64,000 nt of DNA. Origin: Mantamonas sphyraenae STR306. Its lineage: Eukaryota; Protista; CRuMs. The stretch covers positions 1 through 64,000 of the forward strand of contig JAPMXV010000032.1 of NCBI GenBank assembly GCA_026936335.1, written 5' to 3'. The translations under genes were made by a program, and so were the position numbers. Positions 8,381 to 18,800 of the stretch are shown here, one piece after another. The notes below the pieces were generated by a model. The model was not told where the DNA came from and did not search any database. It saw only the letters and a program-made list of their open reading frames with translations. The first letter of the stretch is position 1; the number at the start of each line of letters is the position of its first letter.

Positions 8381-10348
8381 ATGGCTTCCCACTCCCACCA
8401 CGTTTCCGAATACCAAAGCCAATTCGACCACGGTGTGGACATACTACAAAAGGCGTACAAAGCTGGTGTCGGCCACGTCCTCTCCGAGCTCTCCGCTGTG
8501 GAAAAGACCCTTGCTGAACGCGACGCAGACATCCTCGCCCTCAACTCCACCGTCGCCCAACTCCGTTCCCAGCTCGACGACCTGAGCAGCAAGCTCGACA
8601 GCGAACAGAACGACCACGCAGACACCCGCAACACCCTAGACGAGGAGAAGCAAGCACACAAAAGCACACGCAACGCCCTGGAAGAAGAAAAGCTGGCCCA
8701 CGCAAACGCCGTCCAAGAGTGGCGCCAGACCGTTGACACCCAAGCCGCCTTTATTGCCGACCTCCAGGCAGCCCTTCGCAACATGACTCGCTACCGCGCC
8801 ACCATCACCTCCATCCTTCACGACGACCGCGCCCCAGCCGATGCAGACCAGACCTCCGCACTTGTCCCCGTCAAGAGCGACCTCGCCTTTCTGAGAGAAT
8901 GGGATCGTCAGGAAGCCGGCCGCGAGCGCATCGCTGCAGAGCAACGCCAGATCCAGCAGGCCGTCTCCTCTCCCCAGGAGCTCTACGAGGAGACTCTCTA
9001 CGAGCAGGAGCTCGCCAAGGAGCGAGCAGCGGAGCAGGCGGCTGCACGCACAAACCCACCCCCGGTACAAACCACAGACGCAGACGCAGAAGCCCAGCGC
9101 CAACGCGACGACATAGAACGTGAACGCAAGCGCATCCAGGACCTCCACATCCAGCGCGAGCGTGAGCAGCGTGCACAACGCCAGGCCGAAGAGCGCCAGC
9201 GCCAAGAACTCGACCGCGAACGTGAGCGCATCCAACGCGCAGAGCGTGAACGTGCACAAAAGGAGCTCGACGCAGAGCGCGCAAAGATACGCCAGGCCGA
9301 GGCTGCCCTCGCCCAGGAACGCGAGCGCGCAAAGCAGCACGAGCGCGACCTTGAGCGCGAGCGCCAGCACAAGCGCGACCTCGAACGCAAACACGAGCGC
9401 GAACTCGAGGATGCACGCAAGCGCGAGCGCGACCTTGAAGACGCACGCAAACGCGAACAACGCGAACAACGCGACCACGGCAAACCTCCACAGTCCCCCG
9501 ACCCAAGCTCATCCTCTTCATCTCCCTCCACACACACCCGCAAGCGAGCAGACACGGGCTACGACGTACCCAAACTCCAAGTCGACAAACCCCCCAAAGA
9601 TGCTCAATTCTCTCCCCGCTCTTCCCTCGTCAGCCGCCGCAACTCTACAGATTCCTCCGCTTCAAAGACCAAGTCCTCGCCTCGCCGCCGCTCCTCCTCC
9701 TCTTCCGACGAAGGCTCCTCCGATTCTGTCCGCAAGCCTCCCTCCCGTCGCAAGACAGAGGTCGTCTCTGTAAATAGGCGCAGCACGGGCTCTCTCAACG
9801 CCGCTGTCGCTGCTGCCGCCGTCGCTGCCGTCGACGCCGAGCAGTCCCAGCCCCAGTCCAAGGACTCCGAATCCGACTCTGCCTCCACTGTATCCGCCAC
9901 CCAGGACAACTCCGACACCTCCTCCTCCTCATCATCATCATCATCCACACTGTCCACAAAGACACGCACCCGCTCCCTTTCCCGTGACTCCGCTTCCTCC
10001 ACAACTTCCTCCTCCTCCACCTCCTCCTCTACGCGCCGCTCCTCCTCCTCCACTTCTTCACGCCACAGTGCCTCCCCATCCTCCGTCTCCTCTAGCGCCT
10101 TTGCCGCCAAGTACGGCGACCCGTCCCGCGAGTTTTTCCGCAAGGCCCGATCCCGAATGCCCAAGAAGGAGTTTAAGCAGTTTATTGCCAACATGCAGAG
10201 CGGTAAGGACCGCAAGGTCATCCTCGCCGAGGCCAAGGTCCTCTTTGGCGAAGACAACCGCGATCTCTACGACGCATTCAAAGCCCTTCTCAAAGCACAG
10301 GCTCGCGTCGCAGCAGAGACCCAGGCTGCTGCTGCTGCAAACGGATGA
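8381..10348 (+). CDS. Coiled-coil, Ser-rich protein with a C-terminal At4g15545/NAIP-like domain
   Basis: Long E/R/Q coiled coil. C-terminal REFFRKARSRM..KEF..F.ANM...A..LFGEDNRDLY..F..LL resembles the plant At4g15545 C-terminal domain. Start uncertain (ATGs at 8340-8381). Confidence 0.75.
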   Translation: MASHSHHVSEYQSQFDHGVDILQKAYKAGVGHVLSELSAVEKTLAERDADILALNSTVAQLRSQLDDLSSKLDSEQNDHADTRNTLDEEKQAHKSTRNALEEEKLAHANAVQEWRQTVDTQAAFIADLQAALRNMTRYRATITSILHDDRAPADADQTSALVPVKSDLAFLREWDRQEAGRERIAAEQRQIQQAVSSPQELYEETLYEQELAKERAAEQAAARTNPPPVQTTDADAEAQRQRDDIERERKRIQDLHIQREREQRAQRQAEERQRQELDRERERIQRAERERAQKELDAERAKIRQAEAALAQERERAKQHERDLERERQHKRDLERKHERELEDARKRERDLEDARKREQREQRDHGKPPQSPDPSSSSSSPSTHTRKRADTGYDVPKLQVDKPPKDAQFSPRSSLVSRRNSTDSSASKTKSSPRRRSSSSSDEGSSDSVRKPPSRRKTEVVSVNRRSTGSLNAAVAAAAVAAVDAEQSQPQSKDSESDSASTVSATQDNSDTSSSSSSSSSTLSTKTRTRSLSRDSASSTTSSSSTSSSTRRSSSSTSSRHSASPSSVSSSAFAAKYGDPSREFFRKARSRMPKKEFKQFIANMQSGKDRKVILAEAKVLFGEDNRDLYDAFKALLKAQARVAAETQAAAAANG

Positions 10349-10351
10349 GCG

Positions 10352-12218
10352 TCAGAGAACCCGATTTGCACTCGCAAGCACCCGACCAATGAACCCAAAG
10401 ATCGTCAGACCCAACGTGAACAGAGCACGGATTAGCGGGATCCCAGCAGAGAACCCCAGAATTGCGATCGGGTGCGTCTCGTGGTCCAGCACAATCGCCT
10501 TTTCTACATCCCGGATCAAAATGTATGCCTCCTGCAGCTCGCGCACTTCTTCCTCCGACCAACTGCTGTCCACCGACGCCAGCGTCGCCCGCAGATTCAC
10601 CATGTGCTTCAGCAGCGCCAGGGATGTCCACTTGGTCACCGCGTTGGCCTTGGACGCAGGCCGCACCATCACCACCACCCCCACAAAGAAGATCACCAGG
10701 TCCACTGCCATCAGCACAAACAGCTCCGTGTTGTTTCTCACATCCAGCGGCTTGAAGTCTGTCGACGTGTCAATCAGCATAAACACGCTCAGTGCAAACA
10801 AGAACGACATGTGCACTGACAGCAGTCCTCCAATGCGCTTGTAGTGCGTCTGCGCAAACGAAACCATCACCTGCCTCAGCCGAAGCCACTGCAGCACGTT
10901 TGTCGGCCGCTTCAGCGACACCACAACCCTCTCTTCCGGCTTCGACATGCTGCACACAACACCTGCGTGTCAGTACTCCCCACAACACAGAGCACCCCCG
11001 ACCATGTCCCTCCACTGTCACTTACTACCGCGCGAGAATCGGATCTTCCAGAAACGCCCCTCGCACGTACCCCGTGCTGATCAGCGCATTGCACGAGTTC
11101 AAAAAGTGGAACCGTCGATAAAAGTCCAGGATGCCGGTCAGCACGTACACAAAATTGGCGCTCACAAGCCAAAAGTTTGCCATGATTCCCAGCACTGCAA
11201 GCGCATTTGCTGCAGGCGTCTCCCCAAACGCTGCCTTGTTCTCCACCATACGAACAAACATAGGCAGCAATGCGTGCACAAGCGACGCCCCCAGATTGAA
11301 CAGCATCACCTTGTTGGGCGACGTCGCCTCTCGAATCATCTGCAGCGCCAACACGGCCATCGGTACGCGCGACGGGTCCGACGCATCCAACTCTAGGATG
11401 GAGCGCGTAAACTTGAGAAATTCTGCGTTGCCGTAGTACGCCTCAAGCGTCAGCTCCGTACTTTCCAGCTCCTTCTGGAATCGCACAAAATCCTGAAACG
11501 CGTACTGCAGCGTCTCTGGCTTGTGGTCCGACAGGTCAAAGTGAGCCAACATCACCTCTGTGCCACGGAACCGCGCAGACTCGTACAACTCATACGCCAC
11601 TGTACGTGGCGCCGGACTCAGCCAATTCACCAGCAACCGGTCCGACCGCCTGTTTGCAGGCACCCTGCCCTTCCGCAACGCCTCCAGGTAGTCGTATGGA
11701 GAGAAGCCATACTTGGTGGCAATCACCAGACACCGCAGCACGTACAGCGCCGTCGTGAACGCCACTTCTGCAAACGAGATTCCCTGCACGTCTCCAAACG
11801 CATACACCAAGTTGCAAGTCAACACCAACAGGAACGTTATCCACTCGCGCACCATCGACACTTTGCCCAAGATGAAATCCCGGTTGGCCGCTCCATGCAC
11901 GCCTTCCAGCAGAACGCACGGCAAAATTCCCAACGGGAACAGCACGTGGTACACCATGTCCTTCAAGAATTGCCTCGGTTTGAACCGTGTCGGCTCTCCA
12001 AAGTCGTTTGTCGACGTCACCACAACATCTTGGCCCCACTGCCTGCTCTCCCGCCCGTACGCGCCCTGCCCCTTGTCGCCTTTGCTCTCAAACGGCTCAA
12101 ACTCCTCCCTGCTCACCGTCCCTGCCCGCCTGCGCGTGCTCCCTTCCCCCATGGTGCTCTCCGACCCTGTGTGTTGCAGCACACTCAGGTGCACCTCGCT
12201 CTCGCGGTGTGTGTTCAT
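10352..12218 (-). CDS. Uncharacterised multi-pass membrane protein; complement(join(10352..10949,11026..12218))
   Basis: Two hydrophobic ORFs joined in frame by intron 10950-11025 (GTAAGT...CTGAC...TGCAG). Alternative starts at 12152 and 12287. Confidence 0.75.
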
Positions 12219-12292
12219 GCACCTTTTTGCTCTGGCCGCCACGTCGCGCAACCGCTCCCACCGCAACTCCCTTTGCCACCTACCCATCCCTC

Positions 12293-13479
12293 ATGGTTGT
12301 TCGCTACAAAGGCAGTGCCATGTTCCGCCATCGCATTGTCTGCTCCATCCTCAGTGGCAAGAGCGTCGTCATCCAGGACATCCGCTCTCTCGACAGCCAG
12401 AACCCGGGCCTCAGGGACTACGAGGCCTCATTTCTGCAGCTTATCGAAAAAATGACCAATGGGTGCAAGATTCAGATCAACGAGACAGGTCAGTGGCCAC
12501 TCTGTCCCTCCTACGGCCCGTCTGCCCTGCGAAAAATCCGCGCATGCGACTCACACACCCCACCCCCCCCCAACCCCACACATTTCGCTTGCCCACAGGC
12601 ACCACCGTTCGCTTCTCCCCTGGCTTCATTGTTGGTGGCAAGGGTGTCGAGCACCATTGTGAGGGCCGTGCTATCGGCTACTTCCTCGAAGCTCTCCTCT
12701 GCCTCGCTCCCTTTGCAAAGACCCCCGTCCAGAACATGGTCCTCACAGGCATCACCAACGACAACAACGACGTCTCTGTCGACATGCTTCGTACCGTCCT
12801 CCTTCCCCTCATGACCCACTTTGGTGTGGGCGAGGGTCTGGAGCTCAAGATCCTTCGCCGAGGCGCTCCCGAAAAGGGAGGAGGCATGGTCCACTTCACA
12901 TGCCCCACCGTCCGCACACTCAAACCCATCGACCTCTGCGACCTCGGCCAGGTCAAGCGCATTCGCGGCATTGCCTACTCCACCCGCGTCTCGCCTCAGA
13001 TGAGCAACCGCGTCGTCGACGCCGGCCGCTCCATTCTCACAAAGTGCCTGCCAGACGTTTTTATTTACACAGACCACTACCGCGGCAAAGAAAGCGGCGC
13101 CTCGCCCGGCTTTGGCCTCTCCCTCGTCGCCGAAACAACCTCTGGCGCCCTGTACAGCGCCGAGCACATGAGCGGCGGCCAGCAGCTCCCAGAAGATGTT
13201 GGCCGCCTCGCCTCCCTCATGCTTCTCCGCGAAATCCAGCGCAGTGGCTTTGTAGATACCCTCTCGCAGACACTCATGCTCCTGTACATGGTCCTCTGCC
13301 CCGAAGACGTCAGCCGCATCCGCCTCGGCGCTGTCTCCACCTACACCGTCCTCTACCTCCGCCTCCTCCGCGATTTTTTCGCCGTCCAATTCCACCTCAA
13401 GCCGGAAAAGTCCTCTCGCACCGTCATCTTTTCCTGTGTCGGTGTCGGCTTTGTCAACCTGAACAAGAAGATCCAATAG
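12293..13479 (+). CDS. RCL1: RNA 3'-terminal phosphate cyclase-like protein Rcl1; join(12293..12488,12599..13479)
   Basis: FRHRIVCSILSGK, PGLRDYEASFL, INETG|TT..F.PG, RRGAPEKGGG, KRIRGIAYSTRVSPQ, SPGFGLSLVAE and C-terminal CVGVGFVNLNK. Confidence 0.97.
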
Positions 13480-13704
13480 ACGCGCAGCGCACCCCAACCT
13501 TTTCACCCGTTCGTTCCGCTCTCCATCCCACCCCACTGCAACCTCCCACCCACCCACCACGGACATTCCTCCCCGCTCTCAGCCCCGCCCGCCTATCCAT
13601 CCATCCTCACCAACCCTTGCCACCACGCCAGCTCACGTTGCGACATGCGCCCTGCTCACGCCCCCCAACCCCACACGCCTGTCCCACCAGCCCGCATCCG
13701 TACC

Positions 13705-14190
13705 ATGTCCTCCAACAAGCTCAAGAAGGTCATCGACCAGCCCATCAACATCATCTTCCGGTTCCTCCAGAGCGTACGTTCCTCCCCGTCAGCGGGGTCT
13801 CCCTGCCACACCCTTGAGCCTTTCCCGTCCTACACAGCGTCCATCTGACACACCCTCTCTTCCCGCCTTGCGCACACAGAAATCCCGTGTCTCCATCTGG
13901 CTCTACGAAAAGACCGACTATCGTATGGAGGGTGTTATCAAGGTACGCCGCCCAGCCAATGCGCGCCTTCCGTCGCCCCGCCCCCCCACGCCCAACAACT
14001 GCCCCTCCGTTCCTGACCCCGCCCCTCCCGCCACCCAACCACCCGCTCACAGGGCTTTGATGAGTTTATGAACGTCGTACTCGACGATGCAGAGGCTGTC
14101 TACACCAAGGACGACGACCGCCAGGCCCTCGGGAGAATCCTCCTCAAGGGCGACAACATCACCCTCATCCAGACCGTCCAGGACGCCTAA
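13705..14190 (+). CDS. SNRPE: Small nuclear ribonucleoprotein E (SmE); join(13705..13773,13880..13942,14053..14190)
   Basis: [48 protein letters not shown]; two GT-AG introns, 89 aa. Confidence 0.98.
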
Positions 14191-14253
14191 TCACACTCTC
14201 TACTACTGCACACACACACACACACAAAATGAACACACACGCGCATCCATTGC

Positions 14254-15210
14254 TCACCCTCCCAGCCCAAACTCCTCCAGCCGTTCCCTCCTCGCCTCCG
14301 TCGCCTCCCACGACTCGCTTGTCAGCTCCACGCTTTCCCCAAGCTTGTCCAGCGTTTCCTTCAGCATCTCTGCAAACTGCACCGCCATGTCGTCCAGTCG
14401 TTTCTTCAGGTCCATGATCACCATGTCCTTTTCCTGCAGGATTTTGTTCTTCTGCAGCTGCGTCTCCTCCAGCGCAATATGTGCAAACTCTGCCTTCCGG
14501 TGTCAGCACGCCGCTGCCCTCCTTCATGTTTCCATGCCCATACTCCACTCAAAACTCACCCAGCTGGTCACGCAACTTGCTGTTCTCCTGATCCAGCGCG
14601 CTGATTCGCGTCAGCAGCTCATTCTGCATCGTCTTGTATTGACGCGTCATGTCTGCTGCCATTTCAAACTTTTCCCCCTTTTCCACATCCACCTCTTTGC
14701 TGTACTTTTCCAGCTGTGCCTTCAGCTGATCACGCTGGCCCCGCGCCTTTTCCGCGTTCTGTGTTTGTTGAGCTGCCCCACACTCGCACGTCAGCCCCCG
14801 CGCTACCCCTGCCATGCTCCCACACTGGCCCAACCACCATCACTTCCCTATTTCCTCCCACTCCTGCCTCCCCTCTCCTTCTCCTCTCAGCTTCACCTAC
14901 CCAGTTCGATTTGCAAAAGCTCCATCCGGCCGTTGGCTAGCCGCAGCTGCTCCTTCAACACCTGCTCATCTACACACATCAAACCCCATCCACCCAACAA
15001 CACACACAGGCGTTCCACCCCACACATGCACACACACATGCACACACACGCACACGTCCACACGCAAGCACAAGCGACATCAGCAAACCACCAGCAAACG
15101 CAGCCGTCCCATCCCAACCAACCGCGTCAGTCTCCTTCCACACCCACGCCACCGTCCCCACGCCTCGTAAACCCACCGGATTTCTTCTCCGGCTTGCCCA
15201 GTCTGCTCAT
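14254..15210 (-). CDS. DRC12: Dynein regulatory complex subunit DRC12/CCDC153; complement(join(14254..14489,14560..14772,14901..14969,15177..15210))
   Basis: Coiled coil with ADMTRQYKTMQNELL and later DDMAVQFAEMLKETLDKL; four exons join in frame (183 aa). Confidence 0.85.
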
Positions 15211-15270
15211 GTCCTTCTTCTCTGCCTCCAACGGCGCTCTTCCCGCCAACCACACTCCTTCCCGGCAATC

Positions 15271-15822
15271 ATGTACGCGGCGGCCATCTACGTATGGTAC
15301 GTCAACATGATCATCGACATTATCCTCAACATGGAGGTTTCCCCAAATCGCAACACGAATTGGATCCTCCTCGCCGCCCAGCTCGCCCTCCTCATCGTCT
15401 CCATCTTCATCCGCTTCTTCCTCTTCACCCGCACCTTTATGTTCCAAAACGGCCTCCTCACCCTCCTTTTCCGCGAGTTTCGCGTCGTCATCCTCGTGTC
15501 TCCAATTTATTTTCTTCTCACCTTTGCTGTCCGCCTCTGGCAAGCTGTACGTCGCCACTCTGCACACCGGCCGTTTTTTTGGCGCGTCAACCTGAAAAAT
15601 CCGCTCACACCTCGCCTTCCACAGCTCAATGTTCACTACGGCATGCCTCTCGTGAACACATGGTCTGCCCCAGGGTTTTTTGAACTACTCATTCTCCAGC
15701 GCCTCTTTGCAATCGCCTACTACTGGGTCAATCTCGTCGCCACGCGCAAGCTCGGCGATCAAAAGTACTACCGAGCCGAGTTGTTCCCTGTCAGTGAGCT
15801 CGGCAAGTTTACGGGCAGGTGA
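15271..15822 (+). CDS. TMEM138: Ciliary transmembrane protein TMEM138; join(15271..15546,15625..15822)
   Basis: TFMFQNGLL.LLF.EF and LQRL.AI.YY....A..KLGD.KYY motifs; 78-bp stopless intron GTACGT...CCACAG. Confidence 0.9.
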   Translation: MYAAAIYVWYVNMIIDIILNMEVSPNRNTNWILLAAQLALLIVSIFIRFFLFTRTFMFQNGLLTLLFREFRVVILVSPIYFLLTFAVRLWQAVRRHSAHRPFFWRVNLKNPLTPRLPQLNVHYGMPLVNTWSAPGFFELLILQRLFAIAYYWVNLVATRKLGDQKYYRAELFPVSELGKFTGR

Positions 15823-15852
15823 CCATCCCTTGACTCCAACAACATCCCCTCT

Positions 15853-18800
15853 TCATTCCCCTTCTTCCAATAGCTCCTCAAGCGCCTCCTCACGCCCATC
15901 GTACTCCGTCTTGAACAGATCCAGCAGCGGCCCAAACAACTCCCCCACTGCTCCATCCCACATGGTCGCCGACAGCACTCCGTCGTTACACGCATACGTC
16001 AGCTGTGTTACCGTGCCATACTCCAAATCCTCCAGGAACAACTCTTCGTCGTCGTCCAGGAATTTGGCCGCAAACCTGTTGGCCGCTTCGTGCCTCTCCT
16101 CCTCCTCCATCCTCTCAAATCCTGCCCTCCACTCCTCACTTTCCTTCAAGAAAGGCAGGTAGCTCTCAGGATACGCTGCGTTCCCGGCCAGCTCTTGCTC
16201 CACGTACGTCAAAAACACTCGCCGCAGCGACTCGTCCTCCAGCACACCTGTGATCGACGTAAACCGCGCCACCCCCCTCACCTCATCCTCCTCCTCCGCC
16301 ATCTCTTCTCCATCTTCCCACTCCTCCCCGCCACCGTCTTCTCGTCCTGTCGTCTCCTCGCCCAACTTCCCGCTCCGCTCGCTTCGTGTCGACGACGCCT
16401 CATGCAGCTTCTCGATCGCCTTGGCACGTGACTCGCGCATCGACTCTTCCACTTCCTGCCGCTGTTGCTTGCGCACTTCTGCATCCATCGACAATCCGTT
16501 CAGCCCGATGCCTACGCTCTTGCGATTGTTCGTCACGTTGTCTAGGATCTCCTTGCGTCGCTTGCGTTCCTCCTCCTTGGCCTTCATCTCTGCGTACTGC
16601 TTCACAAGCTGCTCTTCCATCTCCTGAACTGCCGCCGCCTTGCGCGCAAGCTGCACAAACTCGTACGAAATGTACACCGCAAACAGAATGCACACCAAGC
16701 TGTTCAGGATCACAAGGAACACAGACACCACAATGATCGCACCGGGCTCCATCTCCTTCGAGAAGAACATCATGCCCGTTAACAGCGTCACTGCCGTCGT
16801 CAGCAGCGAAATGCCCTCCAGGTTCGTCGCCAGTGCCTTTTCAAACGGCCGCGCGTACAGATGCATGATCAACGCCCCCATGACAAGCCACAGGCCCAAG
16901 TACAGCTGCGTCAGTGGCTCGTTGCGGAAAATCACAACAAGGGCCACCACACAAAGCTTGCGTGTCATGATCACCACCTCCCAGAAGTATCGCTTGCCCG
17001 CGTATCCATCAAACACAAACTGCAGCCGCGCCATCACCGTCGGATGGTTCAGCTTGCCTCGCACTCGAATCAGCACCACCAGCGCAACCACAAGCAGCCC
17101 CACGCAAAACACAAGCGCAATCGGGATACCGTACGTGTCCCGAAACAGCTGGTACTCCTTCGATTTGCAGTCCACACGCATGTCCTCCACCAGATACGAC
17201 GATCCGTCCTCGAACGATTGGCAGCTGAACAGCTGGAACACTGCCTTGGACACAATCGGATGGATCAGAAACAAAATCACCACAACCGTCACCGAGTACA
17301 ACGTCACCAGCTTGTGCCGCCATGCCTCCTTGAACGACAGGCCCGACAGGTCCAAAAGATCTTTGTCCTCCTCATGCTCCACGCCAAACTCGGCCCCAAG
17401 ACGCCTCGCCAATCGCTTCGCACGACGCTGCACCTGTGCTTCCGTCATCACAGACTCGTCCTCCAGCGTTGGCTTGCCAATGTCGACTCCCATGCGCGGC
17501 ATCACCTCTGTGATCACCACGTACGCGACCAGGTACCCAAACACAGGCAACACCAGCACAAGCCATGGCAATACCATGTACGCGCTCACCTGGTCGTAGT
17601 ACGACAGGCGCATGGTGCAGTCCATCGGCTGAATGTTCAACGAAAACAGCGAAAGTGACGTCGCCTCGTAGAACCGCACCAGGTCGTCCGACCAGTCCAG
17701 ACGGAACTGTCCAATGAACGCCGTCACCTGCAAGTAGTTCAGCATGATCTTCATGATAATCGACACGGCGCTACGCTTGCCCGTCGCCGTGCGCACCAGG
17801 CCACCCAGTCCGAACAGCAGCACAAGGAAGAACAGCACCACAAGCAGCCAGTTCACCTCGGCCTCCGGACATTCCAGGCAGCTGCTTCCAAACTTGCCGT
17901 ACGTGTCTGCACAAACCGTACACAGCGGCCCTGTGTACCCGGCCGCGCATGTCGAGTTCACTCCACCCTTGCACGCCGCCGGGTTGGGACACGGGTACGA
18001 ATTGGGCGATCCAGGCACAAAGCGGAAGTTGCCTGGCAGCGGCTGCACCTCTTGGCCCTGCACGCAGCTTGTGCCCGCAGGACACTTTGCACATCCGCCA
18101 GACGTCGTGTTGCGATAGAACGTAGAGATGCACGAGCACTGCGATCGCAATACTGCGCCCACCAATCCACCGGTGTCTTCGTTCAAAGGGCAGCGGCTGC
18201 ACGCGTCGTTGCCCACCTCGTCCTTGTACTTGCCAGCCTCGCACGCAACACAGGGCAGCTGCTCGCCGTTGAACCCTTTGGCACACACGCAAAACCGTCC
18301 CGTGCCGTCTCGCTCCGTGTTGGCAGTCCGCTCCGCACACTGCACAATTTCAAACGTGCCGTTGATCCCAGACGTGCTCACGGCCACTCGTGTCGCCGTG
18401 AACGTGTACGTGTAGCGTTCGCCGTACACGCCCGTAAACGTCAGCTCGTCAAACGTCACTACGCCCGACTTGGACACGGCCACCTCGCCGCCAGCAGAAA
18501 ACACATTCGGCTGCACCACAAACGAAAACACTTCACCCGTCTTGTTGGCAAAGTTGCTTGCACTGTCGTACAGGTACAGCTGCGGCGGCTGTGCAATCAC
18601 ACCTGTGTTGTTGTTGCGCGCCTCGATGCCTCGGTGCAGGCGAGCCTCCACGACGGGTCCCGCCAGCACCTGAATCTGCAACTCCACCTGCCCTACGTCC
18701 TTCAGCGTCACAGAGAACACATGGTTTCCCGTCATCGCCGTCACGTACAGTGCATTCAGCACTGCCCGCCCGTTTGTCATGCTCGCCTGCCCCCCAGACA

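Noticed and set aside
15255-15270. RFX X-box upstream of the ciliary genes
   Set aside because: Only a partial match (CTTCCCGGCAAT), and none is found upstream of CCDC60; not supportable as a feature.
16670-17860. Canonical 7TM GPCR or adhesion GPCR with a GAIN/GPS domain
   Set aside because: About nine hydrophobic segments, and no GPS or rhodopsin/secretin family motifs; reported as a non-canonical multi-pass receptor instead.
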